A DNA stretch of 57,599 nucleotides from an uncultured Celeribacter sp. (GCA_938008015.1 CALLMA010000021.1:1-57599); one strand, 5' to 3'. Positions 38,394 to 47,685 are shown, counted from the stretch's first letter. A program made the numbers and translations. Notes: generated by a model not told the origin, from the sequence alone.

Positions 38394-39096
38394 TACATCG
38401 AGATTTGAGTTGCCATTGATCTCAGCGTCACAAGCGCAAAAACATGTCACTGTGAATGAAGCGCTATCGCGTTTGGATGCTTTGGTGCAGTTGTGCGTCA
38501 TAGATATAGATCAAAATACGCCGCCTTCGACGGCACAAGAGGGCGATGTTTATGCGCTGGGCGATTCGCCCGTTGATGAATGGTTTGAACAAGATTTGAA
38601 AATTGCGCTGTATCTAAACGGTGGTTGGATTTTCATGCCGGCGCACGTTGGTATGAAGGCGTATATTAAGGCGCTCAACTCAATAGCCATGTTTGATGGT
38701 TCATCTTGGATTATAGGCGCGCAAACCCTCTCGCAAAATGGGGCAGGGATGGTACAAAAGGTTGTCGAATATGATCATATAATTTCCTCCGGTGCCACAT
38801 CATCAATCCTGTCTGCTATTCCTGCATCGAGTGTTGTCGTCGGTGTAACTGGGCGGGTCATTGCGGATGTTACGGGAAGCTTGAGTGGCTTTTCCCTCGG
38901 TGTCACGGGATCAATAAATCGTTATGGATCTGGCTTATCATTGGCAACGGGGAGTTGGCTGAGAGGCATTACAGGCGCACCCCTTACATATTATAGTGAC
39001 GAAGACTTGTTGCTGACGGCCGAGAATGGAATATTCACAGCGGGGACACTTCGCATTGCCGTTCATTATTGGGAACTTTTGCTTCCGAGGGTGTAA
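38386..39096 (+). CDS. DUF2793 protein, putative GTA tail fibre/attachment protein
   Basis: LPLISASQAQKHVTVNEALSRLD is the DUF2793 N-terminal signature; 8-nt overlap with g15. Confidence 0.85.
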   Translation: MVDTSRFELPLISASQAQKHVTVNEALSRLDALVQLCVIDIDQNTPPSTAQEGDVYALGDSPVDEWFEQDLKIALYLNGGWIFMPAHVGMKAYIKALNSIAMFDGSSWIIGAQTLSQNGAGMVQKVVEYDHIISSGATSSILSAIPASSVVVGVTGRVIADVTGSLSGFSLGVTGSINRYGSGLSLATGSWLRGITGAPLTYYSDEDLLLTAENGIFTAGTLRIAVHYWELLLPRV

Positions 39097-39363
39097 ATTT
39101 TATTGCCTGATAGGGCTCCCCCACTTTTATAATGCCGATTCAGCGCATCCAATGTTTCTTGTTGTCGGAATGTTGGGTGCGTTTTGTTTTTGCATCTTTA
39201 TTTTTTATGTGCTTGCACATTCGCGCCAATATTGTGCACTAGTATTCATACTTATATTCCCTTAGAGGCTTAAGAATTCATTTAGTGATTAGCAAAAGTA
39301 ATATTATTATATTAACTATTGATAGTTATAGGTTAAAGTGATTGCGAAATTTAAGGCGTATCA

Positions 39364-40017
39364 ATGCTAGAGTTTGATAATGTAAGTAAGTCGTTTTGGA
39401 CTGGCAAACAGAGGAAAGTTATTCTTCATGAAGCGTCTTTTCGCGTGGAATTGGGGAATTCTTTAGGGATTCTCGCACCTAATGGAACAGGAAAGACAAC
39501 GATCATCAATATGATGTCTGGCCTAGAAAAGCCCGATGAAGGGGAAATACGTAGTACATGCCGTATTTCTTTTCCGTTGGGCTTTATGGGCGGACTTGTG
39601 AATCGCCATACAGCGCGCGAAAATGTTAGATTTATCGCTGAGCTTTATGATCTGGATCCAGATTATATTGAGGCGTTTTGTCGGTGGTTGTGTGATCTTG
39701 AAGAGTACTTTGAGATGCCAGTCGGCACATATTCGGCAGGGATGCGCTCACGCTTGTCCTTTGCTCTGCTGCTTGCTCTTGATTTTGATATTTATCTTAT
39801 CGATGAAGGTATGCCTGGCACTGCGGATGTGAATTTCAATCGGAAAGCGGGCTCGGTGCTTCGCGAGCGTTTAGAGCGCTCAACCGTGATTGTCGTATCT
39901 CACCAAGCAGAAACTTTAGAAAAATTTTGTCGCTCAGCAGCTGTTTTAATTAACGGTAAATTGCGTATGTTCGATACATTGGAAGAGGCTAAAGCATTAT
40001 ATGACTACCAAAGTTAA
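39364..40017 (+). CDS. kpsT: Capsular polysaccharide export ABC ATPase (KpsT-like)
   Basis: APNGTGKT, ISFPLGF.GG, YSAGMRSRL, YLIDE, VVSH. Confidence 0.82.
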   Translation: MLEFDNVSKSFWTGKQRKVILHEASFRVELGNSLGILAPNGTGKTTIINMMSGLEKPDEGEIRSTCRISFPLGFMGGLVNRHTARENVRFIAELYDLDPDYIEAFCRWLCDLEEYFEMPVGTYSAGMRSRLSFALLLALDFDIYLIDEGMPGTADVNFNRKAGSVLRERLERSTVIVVSHQAETLEKFCRSAAVLINGKLRMFDTLEEAKALYDYQS

Positions 40018-41809
40018 AGCTCAAAAATTTCGAGTCAAAAAAGCCTCGAAAGACACAAGCCCTACTGAAGCTCCTGAAGTCACTGAAGATAATCAGGCTA
40101 AAAAGTTGCGCAAAGTATCCAAGGTGGTAAAGCATAATCCACCTAAAAAAACTTTGCCGCAGCCACAGTCGCAGGATGATAAATTATTTGATAATAGTTC
40201 ATCTATGGATGGTTTTGGTGAGGAGGCTTTTCCCGGATCTGCCGCCGCACAAAAGCCCCCTGTTAATAGCCAAGCTGCCGACAAGCCGCGCCGCCGCGGC
40301 CAAGGTGCTGTCGCTCAGTCTTTAGGCAAAGTCGCTGCTCCAACGGCTTCAACTCCCAGCGAAAAGGGGCTGGATGTGCAAGCCAAAAAAGAAATTGAAG
40401 CGATTCAAAGAGAAGGTTTGTCTGGGCGGCAACTTCGCATGGCGCGCCGTGTTGCGCAAAAACATGGCATTGAGTTTACTTCTGATTTTGATGCCGTTCG
40501 GCAGCTGCGCGCAAAAGGCATTGATCCTTTCCAAAGATCTGCGATGTTAGATTTGGTGTCCACTGAGGATACGGGCACTTCGATTATGCCGACATCATCA
40601 AATTTACCTCAGAAAGCTGGTGGGCAGGCGCTTTCAGCAGCCGCAGACCATGAGAATCGTCATTTTGAGATATCAAGTATTCAGCTAGATATCGCGAAAC
40701 GCCGACGTAGAAACTTATTACTTCTTGCGGTTCGCTTGCTCGTTTTTGTAGGGTTGCCGACTTTTGTGGCAGGCTATTATTTTTATAATATTGCAACGCC
40801 AATGTATGCAACAAGTTCGGCTGTTGTCATCGAAAGGCCGCAAGCGCCATCGCCAGCTGGCGGTGGTTTGAGTGCTGCTCTTTCAGGAAGTCCGCTTGCG
40901 GGGTCCCAAGATTCGATCAATGTTCAAAACTATCTTGAAAGCAAAGAATCTATGCTCCGACTAGATGCTGATGCTGGGTTTATTGAGCATTTTTCAAACA
41001 GTGAAATTGATTCATGGCAGCGCCTTCCTGAGAATGCGACGATTGAGGATGCTTATAAGGTTTATAAAAAGCGCGTCGTCATTGCTTATGATCCGACTGA
41101 GGGATTGGTGAAATTGGAAGTTGTTGCAGCAGATCCTGAGACGTCATTGAAGTTTTCTGAAGCGTTAATTAATTACGCAGAAGAGCGCGTCAACCAAATG
41201 ACAGCAGGTATTCGCGAAGAGCAAGAAAAAGGAGCAAGAGATACTCTTGCAGAGGCCGAAAATAAGATGTTTGAAGCGCAAGAGCGCATTGTCTCGCTAC
41301 AAGAACAGCTTGGGATTGTCTCGGCCGATGCTGAAACTGGTGCGATTATGGGACAAATTGGGTCTTTGGAAGCTCAAATTCAGCAAAAAGATCTCCAATT
41401 GCAGCAGCTCTTAGATAACGCACGCCCGAATCAAGCTCGTGTTGATGGTGTTCGCGGTGATATTCGCCGTCTGCAAAATGCGATCCAATCTCTACGTTCG
41501 CAACTTACGGTTGGACAAGATGATGGCTCGTCTCTTGCGCGCATTACTGCTGAGCTTCGGATTGCTGAGGTCGATTTGCAAACTCGAACGATGATTGTTC
41601 AGCAAAGTATACAATCATTAGAGGCCGCGCGCATTGAATCAAATCGCCAAATGCGCTTCCTTATCGAGACTTCCAAGCCTATTGCCCCTGAATCAGCTTC
41701 CTATCCTCGTAAATTTGAGAATACGATGCTCTCCCTTTTTGTCTTTTGTGGGATTTATTTGATGGCTTCATTGACTGCAGCGGTGTTGCGTGAGCAAGTC
41801 TCTGCATAA
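40001..41809 (+). CDS. kpsE: Capsule export inner-membrane protein (KpsE-like) with long low-complexity N-terminus
   Basis: FVGLPT..GYYFY.IATPMY TM, YLES, periplasmic coiled coil, P.APE..SYPR and C-terminal TM; 17-nt overlap with kpsT. Confidence 0.8.
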   Translation: MTTKVKAQKFRVKKASKDTSPTEAPEVTEDNQAKKLRKVSKVVKHNPPKKTLPQPQSQDDKLFDNSSSMDGFGEEAFPGSAAAQKPPVNSQAADKPRRRGQGAVAQSLGKVAAPTASTPSEKGLDVQAKKEIEAIQREGLSGRQLRMARRVAQKHGIEFTSDFDAVRQLRAKGIDPFQRSAMLDLVSTEDTGTSIMPTSSNLPQKAGGQALSAAADHENRHFEISSIQLDIAKRRRRNLLLLAVRLLVFVGLPTFVAGYYFYNIATPMYATSSAVVIERPQAPSPAGGGLSAALSGSPLAGSQDSINVQNYLESKESMLRLDADAGFIEHFSNSEIDSWQRLPENATIEDAYKVYKKRVVIAYDPTEGLVKLEVVAADPETSLKFSEALINYAEERVNQMTAGIREEQEKGARDTLAEAENKMFEAQERIVSLQEQLGIVSADAETGAIMGQIGSLEAQIQQKDLQLQQLLDNARPNQARVDGVRGDIRRLQNAIQSLRSQLTVGQDDGSSLARITAELRIAEVDLQTRTMIVQQSIQSLEAARIESNRQMRFLIETSKPIAPESASYPRKFENTMLSLFVFCGIYLMASLTAAVLREQVSA

Positions 41810-41819
41810 ATCTGGAAAC

Positions 41820-41857
41820 CACACGCTTGAGGCTGTGTCCTTTGAGCGTGTGATTTT
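41820..41857 (+). terminator. Probable terminator after kpsE
   Basis: CACACGCTTGAGG ... CCTTTGAGCGTGTG imperfect stem followed by ATTTT. Confidence 0.55.
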
Positions 41858-41965
41858 GTATTTTAATTCGCTTTCCGATAGGTTAACCGTATCAATGATA
41901 AGTAGCGTGAAGTGCAAGTTAGTGCAGGCGCTACTCAAGAATTTTAGTAAGCTGGATTATAAAAA

Positions 41966-43465
41966 ATGAATTCCATACCTCTTTCGTCTTCTTCGCCAAA
42001 TACTTGGGAATTTCTTCGCGATCCGATGATCGTGCCGACAGGTTTTCGCGAGTATGACGCAAGATGGAAATATCCAGATGAAATAAATCTACCTGGGATG
42101 ACCGCGCTGGGTCTTGGAATTGGTACCCAGATGCGCAAGCGCGGATTGGATCCAGTCATTTGTGTTGCAAATGATTATCGAGATTACTCTCTTTCAATCA
42201 AAAATGCCCTTATCGTTGGCTTGATGCAAGCTGGTATCCATGTGCGCGATATTGGGCCGGCGATCACACCGATGTGTTATTTTTCTGCTTTTCATTTAAA
42301 AACGCCAGCCGTAGCGATGGTGACAGCTTCTCACAATCCTAATGGTTGGACCGGCGTGAAAATGGGATTTGATATGCCGCTCACGCATGGCCCAAATGAA
42401 ATGGCCGAGTTGAAGGATATTGTCCTCAATGGCAAGGGCGCGCCGCATGAGGGAGGCAAATATGAAACTGTTGCTGGTATTTGGGATGCCTATATGGACG
42501 ATCTCATCGGTGATTTCAAAATGTCCCGAAAGCTTAAAGTTGTTTGCGCCACGGGCAATGGCACTGCAGCAGCATATGCGCCAGAACTTTTCCGTAGGAT
42601 GGGCGTGGAAGTTGTTGAGAGCCATAACGAGCTTGATTATACGTTTCCAAATTACAACCCAAATCCAGAAGCTATGGAAATGCTCCATGATATGTCTGAC
42701 AGTGTGAAGGCTTCGGGCGCAGATTTCGCTTTAGGCTTTGATGGCGATGGCGATCGCTGTGGTGTAGTTGATGATGAAGGTGAAGAAATTTTCGCCGATA
42801 AAATGGGCGTGATTATGGCGCGCGATCTGTCCAATATCTATCCTGGCTCAACATTTGTCGCAGATGTGAAATCAACGGGCCTTTTCGAATCAGATCCTGA
42901 GCTCAAAAAAGCAGGTGCAAAAGCAGATTATTGGATGACGGGGCATTCGCATATGAAGCGCCGTGTGCATGAAATTGGCGCTTTGGCAGGATTTGAAAAA
43001 TCGGGGCATTACTTTTTAGCGGGCGACATTGGGCGTGGTTATGATGATGGTATGCGCGTCGCTGTGGAAATTTGCAAGTTGATGGATCGAAATCCTGATA
43101 AGAAGATGTCTGATCTTCGTAAGGCGCTGCCAAAAACATGGGCAACACCAACGATGTCACCATATTGTGCTGATACTGAAAAATATGAAGTACTAGAGCG
43201 ACTTGTTGCAAAGCTTGTTGCGAAGGCAGGGGCTGGTGAGAAAATCGCCGGGCGCTCTATCAAAGAAGTTGTGACAGTGAATGGCGCGCGCGTCATTCTT
43301 GATAACGGCTCTTGGGGCTTGGTGCGCGCATCCTCTAATACGCCAAATCTTGTGGTCGTGTGCGAAAGTGCGGAATCTGACAGCGAAATGAGAGCAATTT
43401 TCTCTGATATTGATGCTGTTATTCGTACTGAGCCAAATGTTGGCGACTACGATCAAATTATTTAA
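41966..43465 (+). CDS. Phosphomannomutase/phosphoglucomutase
   Basis: FREYDAR, VTASHNP (phospho-Ser), FDGDGDR, GFEKSGH, VRASSNTP. Confidence 0.95.
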   Translation: MNSIPLSSSSPNTWEFLRDPMIVPTGFREYDARWKYPDEINLPGMTALGLGIGTQMRKRGLDPVICVANDYRDYSLSIKNALIVGLMQAGIHVRDIGPAITPMCYFSAFHLKTPAVAMVTASHNPNGWTGVKMGFDMPLTHGPNEMAELKDIVLNGKGAPHEGGKYETVAGIWDAYMDDLIGDFKMSRKLKVVCATGNGTAAAYAPELFRRMGVEVVESHNELDYTFPNYNPNPEAMEMLHDMSDSVKASGADFALGFDGDGDRCGVVDDEGEEIFADKMGVIMARDLSNIYPGSTFVADVKSTGLFESDPELKKAGAKADYWMTGHSHMKRRVHEIGALAGFEKSGHYFLAGDIGRGYDDGMRVAVEICKLMDRNPDKKMSDLRKALPKTWATPTMSPYCADTEKYEVLERLVAKLVAKAGAGEKIAGRSIKEVVTVNGARVILDNGSWGLVRASSNTPNLVVVCESAESDSEMRAIFSDIDAVIRTEPNVGDYDQII

Positions 43466-43587
43466 AAATAGGGCAGGCGTTAAAAAAAATTTAGCAAATT
43501 CCGATCATGATGCCAAAGAGGATAATTAACTTTTATCTTTTTAAGGAATCAAGTTTATATTGATCTGGGAGATGGGGCCTGTTTTGA

Positions 43588-43935
43588 ATGTTAAAAATTG
43601 ATACGAATGCCATGGGAATACAGCAAGATAATGTTTTGCTGTTTTCTGATTTTGAGAGTGGCGGCGTTATGTGGGCCGAAGTCGGCCCAAGGAAGCGCCT
43701 AAAAAAAATTAAATTTTCCGAACCGTTTTTGAATCCTCCTATTGTTCAAGTACATCTCTCCATGTTTGATGCGGATAGTTCAAAAAACCACAGATTTGAT
43801 GTTGGGACGGAAGCGGTGACGCGCGAAGGCTTCACGATTGTTTTTCAAACGTGGGGCGATTCTAGAATTGCGCGTGTGCGTGCAAGCTGGATGGCGATTG
43901 GCGCAGTGCAGCATGAAGATTTGTGGGATGTGTGA
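43588..43935 (+). CDS. H-type lectin domain protein
   Basis: IKFSEPF..PP.V...SMFD....NHRFD.....VTREGF.IVFQTWGDSRIAR..ASWMAIG. Confidence 0.85.
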   Translation: MLKIDTNAMGIQQDNVLLFSDFESGGVMWAEVGPRKRLKKIKFSEPFLNPPIVQVHLSMFDADSSKNHRFDVGTEAVTREGFTIVFQTWGDSRIARVRASWMAIGAVQHEDLWDV

Positions 43936-44196
43936 TATGAGCACAAGTATATGAATGCGGTTGCTTTGTTTTCCTTTCATATCTGAGCAAAAACGATCTT
44001 GCATAAGTAATTTTCAGTCGGTTGCATTTTTTGTTTGCTTGGGTGTCAAAAGGCATATATATCGCCCGAGTTCGTTGAGAAATACGGATGATGATTTGAG
44101 ATTCGTTTGATTGAAAGTCATCAAGATTCGACGTGGGAGCATAATAAGGTGCCTTCGACCTCTCAATCTAAGAATAAGCCTACGAAAGGCCTGCAA

Positions 44197-44505
44197 ATGC
44201 AAAGCCAAAATATTCGCATTCGGCTCAAGGCATTTGATTTCCGCGTTCTTGATGCAAGCACGCAAGAAATCGTAAACACAGCTAAGCGCACTGGCGCTCA
44301 AGTTCGTGGCCCGATCCCTATGCCAAATAAAATCGAAAAGTTCACGGTTCTCCGTGGTCCACACGTCGATAAAAAATCCCGCGATCAGTTCGAGATCCGT
44401 ACGCACAAGCGTCTTCTCGACATCGTAGACCCAACACCACAGACAGTTGATGCTCTTATGAAGCTTGACCTTGCTGCTGGCGTTGACGTCGAAATCAAAG
44501 TTTAA
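44197..44505 (+). CDS. rpsJ: 30S ribosomal protein S10
   Basis: [35 protein letters not shown]; ATG 44197 gives 102 aa. Confidence 0.98.
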   Translation: MQSQNIRIRLKAFDFRVLDASTQEIVNTAKRTGAQVRGPIPMPNKIEKFTVLRGPHVDKKSRDQFEIRTHKRLLDIVDPTPQTVDALMKLDLAAGVDVEIKV

Positions 44506-44517
44506 GGAGGCACCATT

Positions 44518-45240
44518 ATGTTGCGCTCCGGTGTAATTGCGAAGAAGGTTGGCATGACCCGCCTCTTCATGGAAGACGGAAAGCAGATTCCTGTTACTGT
44601 TCTTCAACTCGACAACCTTCAAGTTGTTGCTCAGCGTACAGTTGAGCAGGATGGCTACACAGCTGTTCAGCTCGGTGCAGGCTCAGCAAAAGCGAAACGC
44701 ACTTCTCAAGCGATGCGTGGCCACTTTGCGAAAGCAAATGTTGCTCCTAAGCGCAAAGTTGCAGAATTCCGCGTTGATGAAGATAAATTGATCGAAGTTG
44801 GTGCTGAGCTTTCAGCTGATCACTATTTCGAAGGTCAATTTGTTGACGTTTCTGGTACATCTATCGGTAAAGGTTTTGCCGGTGCGATGAAACGCCACAA
44901 CTTCGGTGGTCTTCGTGCGTCTCACGGTGTTTCTATCTCTCACCGTTCGCATGGTTCAACTGGTCAGTGTCAAGACCCAGGCCGCGTTTTCAAAGGTAAG
45001 AAAATGGCGGGTCACATGGGTGCTGCGCGCGTTACAACGCAAAACTTGCAAGTTGTTCGCACAGATGCAGACCGCGGTTTGATCATGGTCAAAGGTGCTG
45101 TTCCTGGCTCAAAAGGTGGCTGGGTAACAATCAAAGACGCAATGAAAAAGCCATTCCCTGAGAATGCGCCGCTTCCTGCTGCTCTAAAATCTGCTGAAGC
45201 TCCTGCACAAGAGGCGCCAGCTGAAGGAGGTGAAGCATGA
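44518..45240 (+). CDS. rplC: 50S ribosomal protein L3
   Basis: [37 protein letters not shown]. Confidence 0.98.
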   Translation: MLRSGVIAKKVGMTRLFMEDGKQIPVTVLQLDNLQVVAQRTVEQDGYTAVQLGAGSAKAKRTSQAMRGHFAKANVAPKRKVAEFRVDEDKLIEVGAELSADHYFEGQFVDVSGTSIGKGFAGAMKRHNFGGLRASHGVSISHRSHGSTGQCQDPGRVFKGKKMAGHMGAARVTTQNLQVVRTDADRGLIMVKGAVPGSKGGWVTIKDAMKKPFPENAPLPAALKSAEAPAQEAPAEGGEA

Positions 45241-45833
45241 CTTTCAATGTGATCCAACTCGATCTTGATGAAGCACTATTTGGTCTTGAGCCACGTGCTG
45301 ATATCCTTCACCGTGTCGTGCGTTGGCAGCGTAATAATGCGCAAGCTGGCACACATAAGGTGAAAACACGTTCTGAGGTTTCTTATTCTACTAAGAAGAT
45401 CTATCGTCAAAAAGGTACTGGTGGCGCACGTCACGGTTCTCGCAAGGCGCCGATCTTCCGTAAAGGTGGTATCTATAAGGGCCCAACACCTCGCTCACAC
45501 GGTCACGATCTTACGAAGAAATTCCGTAAGCTTGGCCTTAAGCATGCCCTTTCTGCAAAAGCAGCTTCTGGTAGCCTTGTTGTTATCGAAGATGCGAAAC
45601 TTGCAGATGCGAAAACTTCTGTTTTGGCAAAGGCAGTAAAAGAGCAAGGTTGGAAGCGTGTACTCATCATCGACGGTACTGATGTTGATGCAAACTTCAA
45701 GACTGCTGCGCAGAACATTGAAGGCGTGGATATCTTGCCAACTGCTGGTGCAAACGTATATGACATCCTCAAGCGTGATACACTTGTGATCACGAAGGCT
45801 GGTGTCGAAGCTCTGGAGGCTCGTTTGAAATGA
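45237..45833 (+). CDS. rplD: 50S ribosomal protein L4
   Basis: [30 protein letters not shown]. Confidence 0.97.
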   Translation: MTFNVIQLDLDEALFGLEPRADILHRVVRWQRNNAQAGTHKVKTRSEVSYSTKKIYRQKGTGGARHGSRKAPIFRKGGIYKGPTPRSHGHDLTKKFRKLGLKHALSAKAASGSLVVIEDAKLADAKTSVLAKAVKEQGWKRVLIIDGTDVDANFKTAAQNIEGVDILPTAGANVYDILKRDTLVITKAGVEALEARLK

Positions 45834-46126
45834 CCAATAAAGCTGCACTTTATGATGTAATCCGCAAGCCAATCATCACTGAAAAAGCAACACTTGCTTC
45901 TGAAAATGGTGCTGTTGTGTTTGAAGTTGCTATTGATGCAAACAAACCACAGATCAAAGAAGCTGTTGAAGCTCTTTTTGGTGTAAAGGTGAAAGCGGTT
46001 AACACGACAATCACTAAAGGTAAAACGAAGCGTTTCCGCGGTGTCGCGGGTAAGCGCAAAGACGTTAAAAAAGCCTATGTGACTTTGGAAGAAGGCAATT
46101 CAATCGACGTGTCGACTGGCCTTTAA
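45830..46126 (+). CDS. rplW: 50S ribosomal protein L23
   Basis: [32 protein letters not shown]. Confidence 0.98.
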   Translation: MTNKAALYDVIRKPIITEKATLASENGAVVFEVAIDANKPQIKEAVEALFGVKVKAVNTTITKGKTKRFRGVAGKRKDVKKAYVTLEEGNSIDVSTGL

Positions 46127-46145
46127 ATCCAATATATAATTTATG

Positions 46146-46176
46146 AAAATGCCCAGTTTTTACTGGGCATTTTTTT
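46146..46176. terminator. Intrinsic, probably bidirectional, terminator after rplW
   Basis: AAAATGCCCAGT-TTTT-ACTGGGCATTTT plus T-run, between convergent genes. Confidence 0.88.
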
Positions 46177-46185
46177 GTGCACTGC

Positions 46186-46644
46186 CTACTTTAGTCTTGG
46201 GAAAACTTTTGATTGCTTGATGATCCCATAAGAAAAGCCGGTATCAATTGAAGAGATGCTTCTAATGGGGTGCAGGCGCTGGCGAACGAATTTTTCATAA
46301 CTTGCTAAATCTGCAACTAAGACGCGCAGCAAATAGTCCACGCCGCCTGCCATCACATGGCAATCCATAACTTCATCAATGAGAAGGATTTGGCGCTCAA
46401 ACTCGCGGGTTGTTTCTTCGTTGTGCTGTGTAAGCGTGATGCGCACAAAGGCCGTGATGGCAAGGCCCACCTTATCTTGATCAACAAGTGCGGCATATCC
46501 GCCAAGTATCCCGTTCTCTTCGAGGATGCGGACGCGGCGCAGGCAGGGCGAGGGAGAGAGGTTGACACGCTCTGCTAATTCTTGATTGCTTAATCGGCCC
46601 TGCTTTTGAAGCTCGCGAATGATTTGGTGATCTTTGTCATCCAT
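46186..46644 (-). CDS. Lrp/AsnC family transcriptional regulator
   Basis: MDDKDHQIIRELQKQGRLSNQELAERVNLSPSPCLRRVR HTH; G.DYLLRV RAM domain. Confidence 0.95.
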   Translation of the reverse strand: MDDKDHQIIRELQKQGRLSNQELAERVNLSPSPCLRRVRILEENGILGGYAALVDQDKVGLAITAFVRITLTQHNEETTREFERQILLIDEVMDCHVMAGGVDYLLRVLVADLASYEKFVRQRLHPIRSISSIDTGFSYGIIKQSKVFPRLK

Positions 46645-46758
46645 TTTAAACATTTTGACATATTCTGCTAATTTGTGTGAATTTATTATCATATTTGATC
46701 ATAAATTTCATTTCAGTTCCACTAACATCTTGTGAAATATATTGGAGATATTTTGGAT

Positions 46759-47667
46759 ATGAATGGCCTATTGAAGTGTTGGGAGGATTGGAGAGATCAT
46801 AAATTTATTGGCTATTTCGCAATGGTCGTGACGATTAGCATTTGGGCGAGTTTTGCGCTTTCAACTCGCGCTGCCGCGCGCTCTAATTTTGAAATTGGCG
46901 ATATTATTTTTATGCGATCCATTGTGCCATTCGTGCTCTTGTGCCCCTTCATTCCTGCGCGGCTTTCAAAAATACGGCACTGTAAAATAGATCATCTTCT
47001 TTTCATGAGTATTGGAGCAGGCCTCCCGTTTTTCTTCATCGCTTATTGGGGAGCTTCCTTGACGTCCGCGGCACATTTCAGCGCGCTTATCCCTGGCTTA
47101 ACGCCCGTTTTTGTCGCGATTGTTTCGTGGTGGTTGTTGCGCGCATGCTACAGTAAAATGCAAGTTTTTTCTGGGGTTTTGATCGTCGCGGCTGCGATCT
47201 TATTTGTCGCAACGGCAAGCAATCAAGCCTCTAGCTTTGGATCATTCTTGCTGTTGGTTTCCAGTGTTTTATGGGCTCTTTATACCGTTTTTGTAAAACG
47301 CTCTGGATTAGATGCGATTTCGATCGTTATCGTGGTATCGTTTTCTTCTATGATTTTGATGGTATTCTGTTTGCTTTGTGGCTTGATCACAGTCTCAATC
47401 GAACGCTTTGCCTCTGGTGATGCCATTGCGCATATTCTCATTCAGGGGGTCTTTGCGAGCGTGGTTTCTAATTTGCTTTATGCCTTCGCAATATGGCGTG
47501 TCGGCGTTAAAAACTGCAGTTGCCTTGCAGCTTTAACGCCAGCACTATCAGCCCTTTTTGCGGCGCATATATTAGGTGAAAGCCTATCTTATTATGCGGC
47601 TGGCGCGATTGGGCTTCTCATTCTCTCCATCATTTTGTTTAACCTTGGGAAAGTGAATGATGGATGA
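46759..47667 (+). CDS. DMT/EamA family transporter, divergent from the Lrp regulator
   Basis: About ten TM helices; LTPVFVA and LTPALSALFA..LGE EamA motifs; GGAG upstream of ATG 46759. Confidence 0.88.
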   Translation: MNGLLKCWEDWRDHKFIGYFAMVVTISIWASFALSTRAAARSNFEIGDIIFMRSIVPFVLLCPFIPARLSKIRHCKIDHLLFMSIGAGLPFFFIAYWGASLTSAAHFSALIPGLTPVFVAIVSWWLLRACYSKMQVFSGVLIVAAAILFVATASNQASSFGSFLLLVSSVLWALYTVFVKRSGLDAISIVIVVSFSSMILMVFCLLCGLITVSIERFASGDAIAHILIQGVFASVVSNLLYAFAIWRVGVKNCSCLAALTPALSALFAAHILGESLSYYAAGAIGLLILSIILFNLGKVNDG

Positions 47668-47685
47668 TTGTAGCCTTGGTGAGGC

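Larger units (their letters stand above)
17182..39096 (+). mobile_element. RcGTA-like gene transfer agent head-tail cluster, interrupted at 18809-25948
   Basis: Gene order g1-g2 // g3-g15 plus DUF2793; short tape measure; no integrase, replication or repressor genes; sits after fabF-mltG. Confidence 0.93.

Noticed and set aside
17182-39096. Prophage
   Set aside because: No integrase, att sites, repressor, replication or lysis genes; the short tape measure and gene set match RcGTA-type elements
39026-39265. 79-aa hydrophobic ORF after the DUF2793 gene as a holin
   Set aside because: Overlaps the upstream gene by 71 nt, has no RBS or recognisable motif, and its hydrophobicity is explained by T-rich intergenic DNA
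44014-44622. 202-aa antisense ORF over rpsJ, and similar shadow ORFs over fabG, acpP, nusG and rplD
   Set aside because: Antisense open frames are expected from codon bias in highly expressed genes; no recognisable motifs
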